Positions 1-7,590 of a stretch of DNA of 34,786 nucleotides are shown here, piece by piece; the stretch's first letter is position 1; each line of letters starts with the position of its first letter. The stretch spans positions 1 through 34,786 of the forward strand of contig CAYIER010000001.1 in the NCBI GenBank assembly GCA_964362395.1. Direction: 5' to 3'. This stretch comes from an uncultured archaeon (GTDB lineage: Archaea > Iainarchaeota > Iainarchaeia > Iainarchaeales > GW2011-AR10). A program made the translations under genes and the position numbers. Under the pieces are notes generated by a model, which did no database searches, had not been told where the DNA came from, and saw only the letters and a list, made by a program, of their open reading frames with translations.

Positions 1-85
1 ACTGGCAAAAGAACAATTAATTAATATTCACCTGCCAGTTTGTTACGCCGCATACATGTGCCATCTTCGATGACACGATAATATC
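1..85 (+). repeat. Dispersed palindromic repeat, copy D (module X truncated by window edge, plus module Y)
   Basis: ACTGGCAAAAGAA...TTCACCTGCCAGTTTGTT followed by GCATACATGTGCCATC-TTC-GATGACACGATAATAT; same layout as 12369-12465. Confidence 0.75.
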
Positions 86-125
86 AATATACTTTTTTTG
101 AATATAATGAAAAAACAGAAAAAAT

Positions 126-275
126 TCAGATCTGCATCGGCTGGTTTGGGGCCATTGTTTCCTTTGGAGCGAGCTGCTGCGCGTATTCCTTGAGGTGAGT
201 GATGACCTTTTCCAAAAGCACCCTGTTGCGGAGGCTCTTCTCTTTAACATACATTTTTGTCAGGTCGTTTAGCAT
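126..275 (-). CDS. Small hypothetical protein (about 49 aa)
   Basis: ATG at 275 within ORF 126..359; co-oriented downstream of hjc; no recognisable motif. Confidence 0.4.
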   Translation of the reverse strand: MLNDLTKMYVKEKSLRNRVLLEKVITHLKEYAQQLAPKETMAPNQPMQI

Positions 276-363
276 GATTTCGATTTCAATCAAGAAAAAG
301 CCACTAAAATAAAAAGTGCAAAAACGTTTTTTTAAACCCAACGGAAAATGCCAAGACACAAAT

Positions 364-771
364 TCAGGCTTCTAGCCTTGACTGCTCGCCCAAAACAACC
401 CTCAAGTCCAGCGCACAACCCTGCGCCTTTTTGAGCGAAATGACATAGTTTTTCCCTGCCTTGACAAAGTCTTTTGGGTTCAAAAACAAAAAACCCTTCC
501 TGGGCACTTTCCACACCACAAAAAACTCGGCATTGGATCGCCTTGCCCACCCAATCTGTCCATCCATCTGCTCGATTGAAAGGTTAAGGTAAGCAGCACC
601 CCATGCCTTGCACTCAAAAACAAGCTTTTTGGTCTTGCTTAACGCAACAATGTCAGGCATTGGCAATGAGTTCTTGCCGCTTCCGGCAACGCGCACCACA
701 GAGAGACCGCGGCCATAAAGCTCTTTTATAAGCTCCCGCTCAGCATTTGCGCCCTTCTGGTACCTCGTCAT
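364..771 (-). CDS. hjc: Archaeal Holliday junction resolvase Hjc
   Basis: KGANAEREL...VVRVAGSG...PDIVA...FECK, the Hjc PD-(D/E)XK signature. Confidence 0.93.
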   Translation of the reverse strand: MTRYQKGANAERELIKELYGRGLSVVRVAGSGKNSLPMPDIVALSKTKKLVFECKAWGAAYLNLSIEQMDGQIGWARRSNAEFFVVWKVPRKGFLFLNPKDFVKAGKNYVISLKKAQGCALDLRVVLGEQSRLEA

Positions 772-930
772 TAGCAAAAAAACCCTTTTTTGAACAAAAA
801 ACTGCTTTTCTGCAATATTAATATATGTTTTCTTTTATAAGTCTTAATAGGAATCAGGCTCAAAAGGAGCCATTAAAGGTTTAAAAAAAATCGATTGCAA
901 AAAAATTGTGTTTGCAATTAATTGTTTTTA

Positions 931-1194
931 ATGGAACAGGAAATTTTTTTGAACTTAAAAGTTGTTACGAATTCGAAGGAATTCAAAGTAACGGGTTTTG
1001 ACCCGCACACAAAAACTTTGAAAGTCAAAGTGAAAGCAAAACCCCAAAAGGGGCAAGCAAACAGGGAAATTGAACAAAAGCTCTCAGAGTTTTTTTCAAG
1101 CGACACAAAAATTGTTTTTGGACACAAAAGCAACAACAAAAAAATCCAAGTTCAAAGCGGCAAAAAAGCTTTGGGAAAAATAAAAAACCTTTAA
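931..1194 (+). CDS. DUF167/UPF0235 (YggU-like) protein
   Basis: LKVKVKAKPQKGQANREI...IVFGHKSNNK pattern. Confidence 0.85.
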   Translation: MEQEIFLNLKVVTNSKEFKVTGFDPHTKTLKVKVKAKPQKGQANREIEQKLSEFFSSDTKIVFGHKSNNKKIQVQSGKKALGKIKNL

Positions 1195-1243
1195 CACTCC
1201 TTTTAAAAAAAAACCTGATTCTTTTGGCAAATATCAAAAGGAG

Positions 1244-2590
1244 ATGATTAAATTGGCTAAAACTTACATTAGCGCAGTCAAATACTTAGTGAAAATAAAA
1301 TTCGAAATCCATGGGGTCGTAGACAAGCCGGACATCATTGGCGCAATCTTTGGGCAAAGCGAGGGGCTGTTAGGCGAAGAAATGGACCTAAAAGAACTCC
1401 AAAAAAACGGCAAAATCGGCCGAATTGAAATAAACCACGAACACATGCTAGGAAAAACGGTCGGCGAAATCCTTCTACCAAGCAACATGGACATGGCTGA
1501 AACCACAGTCCTTGCGGCAACGATTGAATCCGTGGAAAAAGTCGGCCCATACGAGTCACAATTCCAAATAGTTTCCCTAGAAGACACACGCACAGAAAAA
1601 AGGGACGAAATCAAAAAGCGGGCACAAGAACTGCTCAAAAAATTCAAGCAAACCATTGAGCCGGACACAGTTGAAATAACCGAATCAGTCCGCGAAGAGG
1701 CACGGACAGGCGACCTGCAGTTAATTGGCCCAGACAAGTTGGCGGCAGGCCCAGAAGTGCAGGCAAGCGAAGAAATAATCGTCGTCGAAGGGCGCGCAGA
1801 CGTGATAACACTGCTGAAAAACCACATAAAAAACGCAGTTGCAATGCAAGGCTCAACAATCCCAAAAACAATCCTTGAACTCTGCAAGACAAAAAAAGCA
1901 ACAGTGTTTGTTGACGGCGACCGCGGCGGGGAAATGATTGCAAGAAACTTTTTGCTTGCAAGCCGCGCAGAATTCATTGCACGCGCACCGGACGGCAAAG
2001 AAGTCGAAGAGCTCACAAGAAAAGAAATAATACAGTCACTGCGAAGACGGGTGACGCCACAAGAATTCACGGAACAGACACAAAAAGGGCCCCAGCAAAG
2101 GGGAATGCAAAGGTTCGAACCAAGGCCAAGAGAAGGCTTCCGCCAAGACAGAAGACCGCCATTTAGGCAAAGGCCAGACAACAGAAGGCCGTTTGGACAA
2201 AGACCAAGGCCCGAATTCGAGGAACAAAGAAGGTTTGACCACCCACGCATGGAACCACGAGAAGAAGCGGAGACGTTCACAAGAAAAGACCTCGAGCACC
2301 TTCCGACAAAAACGGAGCAAGACAAATTCGTCCCCATACTAAAAGAACTCAAAGGAAAAAGCACCGCAAAACTCTTTGACCACGAAATGAAAGAAATCGA
2401 CGAAGTCCAGGTAAAAAACCTTGTCGGGGAAATGTCAAAAAAGAAAGGGGTCAACGCAGTGGTCTTTGACGGAATAGTGACAAAAAGGCTCGTTGCGGCA
2501 GCAGACAAAAACGAAATAAAAATAATCGTCGGTGTAAGGAAAGGCGAACTGGAAAAATCAAACGCAAGAGTGCTGACTTTTGCGAATTAG
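1244..2590 (+). CDS. dnaG: Archaeal DnaG (TOPRIM protein, exosome-associated)
   Basis: GVVDKPDIIGAIFGQSEGLLG, VVEGRADV, FVDGDRGG, RAPDGKEVEEL, C-terminal FDGIVTKRL. Confidence 0.96.
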   Translation: MIKLAKTYISAVKYLVKIKFEIHGVVDKPDIIGAIFGQSEGLLGEEMDLKELQKNGKIGRIEINHEHMLGKTVGEILLPSNMDMAETTVLAATIESVEKVGPYESQFQIVSLEDTRTEKRDEIKKRAQELLKKFKQTIEPDTVEITESVREEARTGDLQLIGPDKLAAGPEVQASEEIIVVEGRADVITLLKNHIKNAVAMQGSTIPKTILELCKTKKATVFVDGDRGGEMIARNFLLASRAEFIARAPDGKEVEELTRKEIIQSLRRRVTPQEFTEQTQKGPQQRGMQRFEPRPREGFRQDRRPPFRQRPDNRRPFGQRPRPEFEEQRRFDHPRMEPREEAETFTRKDLEHLPTKTEQDKFVPILKELKGKSTAKLFDHEMKEIDEVQVKNLVGEMSKKKGVNAVVFDGIVTKRLVAAADKNEIKIIVGVRKGELEKSNARVLTFAN

Positions 2591-2638
2591 AACAACCGCT
2601 GCGCCAGTTGATACCCTTACGGGCACAAGCAACGCAGT

Positions 2639-2670
2639 TGTGTCCCGTCTAACGACGGGATGATAATATT
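2639..2670 (+). repeat. Dispersed repeat, copy F (module Y only)
   Basis: TGTGTCCCGTC-TAAC-GACGGGATGATAATATT, perfect 7-bp stem, downstream of dnaG. Confidence 0.75.
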
Positions 2671-2722
2671 TTTGAATTAAAATAAAAAAAAATATAATAA
2701 TGGGCTAAAACAATAAAATGGC

Positions 2723-3145
2723 TTATCTTCTGATTGCCCACTTTTTTCCTTTTTTTTCAGGCAAAACCCTTTCAGATTCCTCAATAGGCAAAACAAGGTC
2801 GCCTGTTTTGTAAATCAGCCAGCCGATGAACAAAACCGCAAGCCAAACCAAAACATTGGCAATCGGGCCAAGCAAAACACCCCAAAACTGGCGCATTGAA
2901 AGAGCTGACTGGTCAACCCGCACATAAAGGCCAGTGGACTTAAAAGCAATGTCCTGGCAATAAAAATGATCCACGCCAGAATCATGCAGGCAACTGTCAA
3001 CTTCCTTGAGATTGTCCCAAGAATTAAACATCAAAGCGCTTGCCTGAATGAAATACAAAAGCGCAGCAAACAAAACAAAGGCACCAATCAATTTAGGCAT
3101 GTGGACATCGCGCCCGCCAACCCTAAAAAACAATAATCTTCTCAT
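2723..3145 (-). CDS. Hypothetical membrane protein (2 predicted TM segments)
   Basis: Two hydrophobic stretches flanking a loop with two Cys; basic C-terminus. Confidence 0.7.
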   Translation of the reverse strand: MRRLLFFRVGGRDVHMPKLIGAFVLFAALLYFIQASALMFNSWDNLKEVDSCLHDSGVDHFYCQDIAFKSTGLYVRVDQSALSMRQFWGVLLGPIANVLVWLAVLFIGWLIYKTGDLVLPIEESERVLPEKKGKKWAIRR

Positions 3146-3377
3146 AGAAAAAAACCGTATTAAATAATGAAAACCAAGTATTTAAAGGTTTTGATGCAAA
3201 AAAGCCAAAAAAACACGCAAAACAAAAAAAAGCAAAAACACGACAACAGCATGATTTTTAACCATTCAACACCCAAAATAAATCTATTGCCAAACAAAAT
3301 CTGGCGGCACTTTGCCCCGCTAAAACGGGGCCATTGCCATCGCAGATGGCAGGAAAGTGCCGGCTGATTTTGCAGCC

Positions 3378-3448
3378 GCGGTTGTGGTTTAGTGGCAGAA
3401 TTCGACCTTGCCAAGGTCGGGACCCGGGTTCGATCCCCGGCAGCCGCA
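3378..3448 (+). tRNA. tRNA-Gly(GCC)
   Basis: Acceptor GCGGTTG/CAGCCGC, anticodon arm CGACC-TTGCCAA-GGTCG, T arm CCGGG-TTCGATC-CCCGG; no encoded CCA. Confidence 0.97.
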
Positions 3449-3463
3449 TAGCCGATTGCATCC

Positions 3464-3549
3464 GGCTGGTTTGCATACATGTACCGCCTTGCGGCGGGAC
3501 GGTAATATTTATGTCCCGTCGCAGACGGGGCGACGTATGTGGTGCCAGC
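3464..3549. repeat. Dispersed repeat, copy E: two inverted module-Y units sharing a central AATATT
   Basis: GGCTGGTTTGCATACATGTACCGCC-TTGC-GGCGGGACGGTAATATT then TATGTCCCGTC-GCA-GACGGGGCGACGTATGTGGTGCCAGC (reverse-complement module Y). Confidence 0.8.
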
Positions 3550-3562
3550 GGGCGCAAACGCT

Positions 3563-3634
3563 GGGCTTGTAGTCTAACGGCCAGGATGCATCGTTTACAC
3601 CGATGAGAAGGAGGTCCGATTCCTCCCAGGCCCA
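3563..3634 (+). tRNA. tRNA-Val(TAC)
   Basis: Acceptor GGGCTTG/CAGGCCC, anticodon arm CATCG-TTTACAC-CGATG, T arm GGAGG-TCCGATT-CCTCC. Confidence 0.92.
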
Positions 3635-3659
3635 TTTTTCAGACAGCGCTGGCAATTTT

Positions 3660-4277
3660 TTAAAACAAAACATTTTTGGCTTCAGACACAACTGCCGAAA
3701 AAACCTCTTTTTTTGGCATGGAAGCATCAATGATTTTAATGTTCTCTTTTGGCAGAATTTTTGGCAGCTGCAAAAACTTTTCGCGCGCCTTTTGCAAAAA
3801 AGCCTCCCTCTCAAAAACATCACGGGCACCACGTGCAGAGCACGCAATCCGTTTCAGCGCAAGCCTTGGGTCAATGTCCAAAACCAAAACAAGCCCGGGA
3901 ACAACCATCCCATCATGCATCTGCAAAATTTTTTCAACAGAAATTCCCTGAACCGACTGGTAAACAACAGTGGAATACTTGAAGCGGTCACACAAGACAA
4001 TTTTTCCTTCATTCAAAGCAGGCAAAATTTCGTGCTCCAAGTGAAACTCGCGATCCTTCACGTAAAGCTCCAAAAACTTTTGCGCATTGTTTTTTGGGCT
4101 TGACTCGCTTTTCAGCATTTCGCGAAGCTCTTTCCCAAAAGGGCTCTGCGAAGGCTCCGCTGTCAAAAAAACGCGCCCGGCAAAACCGTTTTTTTCCAAA
4201 AAAAGCTTCAGCTTTTTTGCCATCAAGGACTTGCCTGCGGCATCCAGCCCCTCAAAAACGACAAAATTTTTCTCCAA
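3660..4277 (-). CDS. tmk: Thymidylate kinase (probable TTG start at 4277)
   Basis: VFEGLDAAGKS P-loop, TAEP, VLCDRFKYSTVVYQ, LDIDP. Confidence 0.94.
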   Translation of the reverse strand: MEKNFVVFEGLDAAGKSLMAKKLKLFLEKNGFAGRVFLTAEPSQSPFGKELREMLKSESSPKNNAQKFLELYVKDREFHLEHEILPALNEGKIVLCDRFKYSTVVYQSVQGISVEKILQMHDGMVVPGLVLVLDIDPRLALKRIACSARGARDVFEREAFLQKAREKFLQLPKILPKENIKIIDASMPKKEVFSAVVSEAKNVLF

Positions 4278-4359
4278 GCAAAAACACCCGCAAAAACCAA
4301 TCAAAAGCAAATAAAGAGCAAAAACGTTTAAAAAAGCCTTCAAACAAAATAATCAATAC

Positions 4360-4572
4360 GCAGTTGTAGTCTAGCGGCAGGATAGGAGCCTTCCAACAAC
4401 TGGCACACCAGCAACAAATTGGCAAGTGAAAAATGGCTTAAATATTTCTTTTGCCATTTTGTTGGTTGACAGTGCGTACATGTCCCGCCTGTCGGCGGGG
4501 CGGCAATACTCAAATTTTAATAAAAAAATTGGAAGAAAGCTCTTGACCCGGGTTCGAATCCCGGCAGCTGCA
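4360..4572 (+). tRNA. tRNA-Gly(TCC) with 142-nt intron (4396-4537) at canonical position 37/38
   Basis: 5' exon GCAGTTG...GGAGCCTTCCA (4360-4395); 3' exon AGCTCTTGACCCGGGTTCGAATCCCGGCAGCTGCA (4538-4572); BHB has CTTC/GAAG 4-bp helix, CAA and AAA 3-nt bulges, CAA/TTG outer helix. Confidence 0.93.
4412..4510 (+). repeat. Dispersed repeat, copy A (X+Y) inside the tRNA-Gly intron
   Basis: CAACAAATTGGCAA...TTGCCATTTTGTTG then GCGTACATGTCCCGCC-TGTC-GGCGGGGCGGCAATACT; about 80% identical by hand alignment to the reverse complement of 5792-5888. Confidence 0.9.
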
Positions 4573-4620
4573 TTGGGATTATTTTGTGATTACGGTTTAC
4601 TGAAAAAAACAGGTGATTTT

Positions 4621-4944
4621 ATGGAATGCCCAATATGCAATAAGAAGATGGTTAAAGTAAAAGAACCGTACAGCTACGGAAATGTAAAGCTCGGAGAATT
4701 TGAAGCAGAAAAGTGCAACAACTGCAACGAAGTTTTTTTCACAGAAGAAGCCTCAGACAAAATAGACCAAAAAGCAAAAGAAACGGGGATTTGGGGAATC
4801 GGACAAAAAGCAAAAATTGGTTACTCAGGAAACTCGTTGATTTTAAGAATCCCGAAAAAAATTGCCGACTTTTTGCACTTAAAAAAAGGCGAGGAAATAT
4901 TTGTCAGGCCAGAAGGAGAGCACAAGTTAGTGGTTGAAACATAA
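4621..4944 (+). CDS. YgiT/MqsA-type zinc finger fused to AbrB/MazE/SpoVT DNA-binding domain (antitoxin-like)
   Basis: CPIC...KCNNCNEVFF plus GYSGNSLILRIPKKIADFLHLKKGEEI; AGGTGA RBS just upstream of ATG 4621. Confidence 0.85.
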   Translation: MECPICNKKMVKVKEPYSYGNVKLGEFEAEKCNNCNEVFFTEEASDKIDQKAKETGIWGIGQKAKIGYSGNSLILRIPKKIADFLHLKKGEEIFVRPEGEHKLVVET

Positions 4945-4978
4945 ACACAAAATAAAAGAATTATTTGAATTATAATAA

Positions 4979-5485
4979 ATGCCTGTTGAAAAAATGCCCG
5001 AAGGAAAATTTGTCGAGTTGGTTGATGCAAGCGACAAAGTGGTTGGAGCCGCGCCAAGAAAACTAATACACAAAAAGCCACTGCCGCACAGAGCAGTGCA
5101 TGTGTGGGTCTTTAACGCACTCGGCGAACTGTTTTTGCAAAAGCGCCCAAACACAATGGAATTGTGCCCGTCAATGTGGGATTCAAGCGTGGGCGAGCAC
5201 GTTGAAATCGGCGAGACATACAGGCAGGCGGCACAGCGGGGGCTAAAAGAAGAATTGCACATCCGTGGCACAAAACCAAAGCGGCTTTCAAAAAAACTCG
5301 TAAAGCACAAAAACGCGCACGAAATGATAACGCTGTTTGCAACAACCTTTGGCGAAAAAATTAAAATAAACAAAAAAGAGCTGGCGGGCGGAAAGTTTTT
5401 CTCAAAAGCCGAAATCATCGAACTTGTGAAAAAGAAAAAAACAACCCCTTTTTTTAACGTTTTTTTCAAGAAGTGTTTTAAATGA
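4979..5485 (+). CDS. NUDIX hydrolase, IPP isomerase type 1/YfcD-like
   Basis: LVDASDKVVG...HRAVHVWVFN...LFLQKR...WD..VGEHVEIGETYRQAAQRGLKEEL; lacks the catalytic Cys motif of true Idi1. Confidence 0.85.
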   Translation: MPVEKMPEGKFVELVDASDKVVGAAPRKLIHKKPLPHRAVHVWVFNALGELFLQKRPNTMELCPSMWDSSVGEHVEIGETYRQAAQRGLKEELHIRGTKPKRLSKKLVKHKNAHEMITLFATTFGEKIKINKKELAGGKFFSKAEIIELVKKKKTTPFFNVFFKKCFK

Positions 5486-5793
5486 AGCAAAATGAAATAC
5501 AAAAAATCGCGCTCGAGCGGATTTACCGCCTGTTTGAGCTTGCAGGAAAAATGCAGCCAAAAGAGCCGGAATTAAGCAAAAGATATGTTGCACTGGCAAG
5601 GAAAATAGGCTCAAAAAACAAGGCAACGATTCCATGGGGGCTAAAAAAAAAGTTCTGCAAAAAATGCGGGGCATTTTTGAAAAACGGGAAAAACTCAAAA
5701 GAAACCAAACAAGAGCCATTCCTTTTGGTCAAATGCATTGAATGCGGGTTTGAGAGGAAAATTTCGCTCAAAGAGCCAAAAACAGGCCAATAA
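5482..5793 (+). CDS. rnp4: RNase P protein component 4 (Rpp21)
   Basis: IALERIYRLFELA...RYVALARKIG...FCKKC...KCIECG zinc ribbon. Confidence 0.93.
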   Translation: MKQNEIQKIALERIYRLFELAGKMQPKEPELSKRYVALARKIGSKNKATIPWGLKKKFCKKCGAFLKNGKNSKETKQEPFLLVKCIECGFERKISLKEPKTGQ

Positions 5794-5890
5794 TATTACC
5801 GCCCCGCTGCAAAGCGAGGCATGTATGCGCTGCCAACCAACAAATTGGCAAAAGAAGCATTTCACTATTATTCACTTGCCAATTTGTTAC
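5792..5890 (-). repeat. Dispersed repeat, copy B (Y+X)
   Basis: AATATTACCGCCCCGCT-GCAA-AGCGAGGCATGTATGC then perfect 13-bp IR AACAAATTGGCAA (5839-5851)/TTGCCAATTTGTT (5876-5888); terminal AATATT overlaps the rnp4 stop codon. Confidence 0.9.
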
Positions 5891-5946
5891 AGGCGCAAAA
5901 GTTGACACAAAACAATAAATATATCAAAACACAATAATTATCCTTG

Positions 5947-6360
5947 ATGAACAAAGGGCAAGGGTCAATAGAATACCTGCTGATTTTGGGCGGAGTAATA
6001 ATGGTTGCGGTGATTGTAATTGCATTAATAGTCAACATTGCAACGCCGGCAGGCACGCAAACAAAAAATGACACAGCAGACCTGTTTTGCTCAAGAAAAC
6101 CCATCACGGGATGTTGTGGGCAAACGGTAGCCGTGCAAAGCACCACATACACATGCTATATGAAATCTGACAACACACTATGCGCAACACAGTCAGCAAC
6201 AAGCCTTGTTCATTGCTGCAATAGTTTAACTGACCTAGGAGAAACAGACTTGGATTGCGGCGGGACATGCGGAAAAACATGCATTTCCGGAAAAACCTGC
6301 ACCCAAAACTCAGACTGTATTTCAGGAACCTGCACAGGCACACCGCTCAAGTGTGCCTGA
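5947..6360 (+). CDS. Class III signal peptide (type IV pilin-like) protein with Cys-rich C-terminus
   Basis: KG|QGSIEYLLILGG + hydrophobic helix; ETDLDCGGTCGKTCISGKTCTQNSDCISGTC disulfide-rich motif. Confidence 0.85.
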   Translation: MNKGQGSIEYLLILGGVIMVAVIVIALIVNIATPAGTQTKNDTADLFCSRKPITGCCGQTVAVQSTTYTCYMKSDNTLCATQSATSLVHCCNSLTDLGETDLDCGGTCGKTCISGKTCTQNSDCISGTCTGTPLKCA

Positions 6361-6480
6361 AAACAAACCTTTAAAAGCTTTTTTTGACGGTTTTTTGTAA
6401 TAAGACTCTAATTATTGTGATTAGAGTTCGGTGCCTTTTTTGGCATCTGGAACAAAACTGCTCCGAGAGGAGGAAAACAA

Positions 6481-7038
6481 ATGGGCATATTTGACGTAGA
6501 GCCAGCGGTTCTGATAAAGGAAATGGCAAAAGATTTCAAGGGAAAATTCAAGCAGCCGCAGTGGGCAGAATGGGTAAAAACAGGAACCCACGCTGAGCGC
6601 GCACCCCAAAGCAAGGACTGGTTTTTTGAACGGGCAGCCTCAGTTCTGTACCGGGTGTACAAGGACGGGCCGGTTGGGACAGAAAGCTTAAGGACCTATT
6701 ACGGCGGAAGAAAAAAACGCGGAGTACGGCCGGAAAAGAAAAGAAAAAGCAGCGGAAAAATAATCCGGACCTGCCTGCAAACTTTGGAAAAAGAAGGGTT
6801 CATAAAAAAAGGGAAAACCGGCAGGGCAGTCACAAGCAAAGGTGAAAGTTACCTTAACAGGCTTGCAAAAGACGCAAAAGCAGTGCATGAAAAGGAAACA
6901 AAAGAAAAAGCCGAGCAAAATCGGCAAAAAGAAGCAGACGAACTGGCAAAACGGGCACAACAGGAAACAATAAAGCAAAGCGAAAAAAAAGAGGGATTCC
7001 GGGAACAAAAAAAGCCGCAACAAAAGCAGCAAAAATAA
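6481..7038 (+). CDS. rps19e: 30S ribosomal protein S19e with charged C-terminal extension
   Basis: PQWAEWVKTG.HAERAP...DWFFERAAS...YGGRKKRGVRP; GGAGG RBS. Confidence 0.96.
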   Translation: MGIFDVEPAVLIKEMAKDFKGKFKQPQWAEWVKTGTHAERAPQSKDWFFERAASVLYRVYKDGPVGTESLRTYYGGRKKRGVRPEKKRKSSGKIIRTCLQTLEKEGFIKKGKTGRAVTSKGESYLNRLAKDAKAVHEKETKEKAEQNRQKEADELAKRAQQETIKQSEKKEGFREQKKPQQKQQK

Positions 7039-7053
7039 CCGGGGCTTTTAAAA

Positions 7054-7338
7054 ATGGATGAAAAAAAACTGGGGGAATTAAGGGCACAAAAAGAAAAAGA
7101 AATGCAGACGCAAATGCAGATTGAAAGCCTTCTTCGAAAAACTTTGACAGATGAAGCAAGGCAGAGGCTAAACAACGTGAAGCTGGTAAAAAACGAGGTT
7201 TACCTCAAGGCACTGCAGCCGCTCTTTATGCTTATACAACAAGGGCAGGTGCAGGAAAAAATTTCCGACCAGGAATTAAAATCAATCCTTGAAAACATTA
7301 GCGGCTCAAAAAAAGAAATCAACATCAGGAGAAAATAG
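7054..7338 (+). CDS. PDCD5/TFAR19-family DNA-binding protein
   Basis: LTDEARQRLNNVKLVK...ISDQELKSIL...INIRRK; conserved position after rps19e. Confidence 0.9.
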   Translation: MDEKKLGELRAQKEKEMQTQMQIESLLRKTLTDEARQRLNNVKLVKNEVYLKALQPLFMLIQQGQVQEKISDQELKSILENISGSKKEINIRRK

Positions 7339-7339
7339 C

Positions 7340-7588
7340 ATGAGCAAAAACAGGACACAGGAAAAAAAAGAATTCCTCATTGCAAGCAGGAAAGCAATAG
7401 GTGCAAGCCTCACAAACGCCCCCGTCTGGGCAATGCAAAAGGCAGGGAAAAGGATCTGGAACAAAAAGCAGAAACGCCACTGGCGATCAACCGAGTTTGG
7501 AAAGCTGTTTGCAAAAAAGCAGGCAGAACAGGGAAAAGTCCGCAACAAAAAACGGGTTAAAAGCGGGTGGAAGAAAAGGAAAGATTAA
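7340..7588 (+). CDS. rpl39e: 50S ribosomal protein L39e, extended
   Basis: APVWAMQK...KRHWR motif; position before rpl31e. Confidence 0.85.
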   Translation: MSKNRTQEKKEFLIASRKAIGASLTNAPVWAMQKAGKRIWNKKQKRHWRSTEFGKLFAKKQAEQGKVRNKKRVKSGWKKRKD

Positions 7589-7590
7589 AA

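Noticed and set aside
1264-2508. 414-aa antisense ORF
   Set aside because: Shadow of dnaG; Ser/Phe-rich with no motif.
3160-3635. Several short ORFs on both strands
   Set aside because: They overlap two tRNA genes and structured repeats.
4396-4537. tRNA intron as a box C/D guide RNA (as in tRNA-Trp introns)
   Set aside because: No RUGAUGA or CUGA boxes are present.
4426-4620. N-terminal extension of ORF 4426..4944
   Set aside because: It runs through the tRNA intron and 3' exon; the RBS-supported start is 4621.
4979-5485. Assignment as true isopentenyl-diphosphate isomerase (idi)
   Set aside because: The catalytic Cys motif is replaced (SSVGEH), so only a NUDIX-family call is supported.
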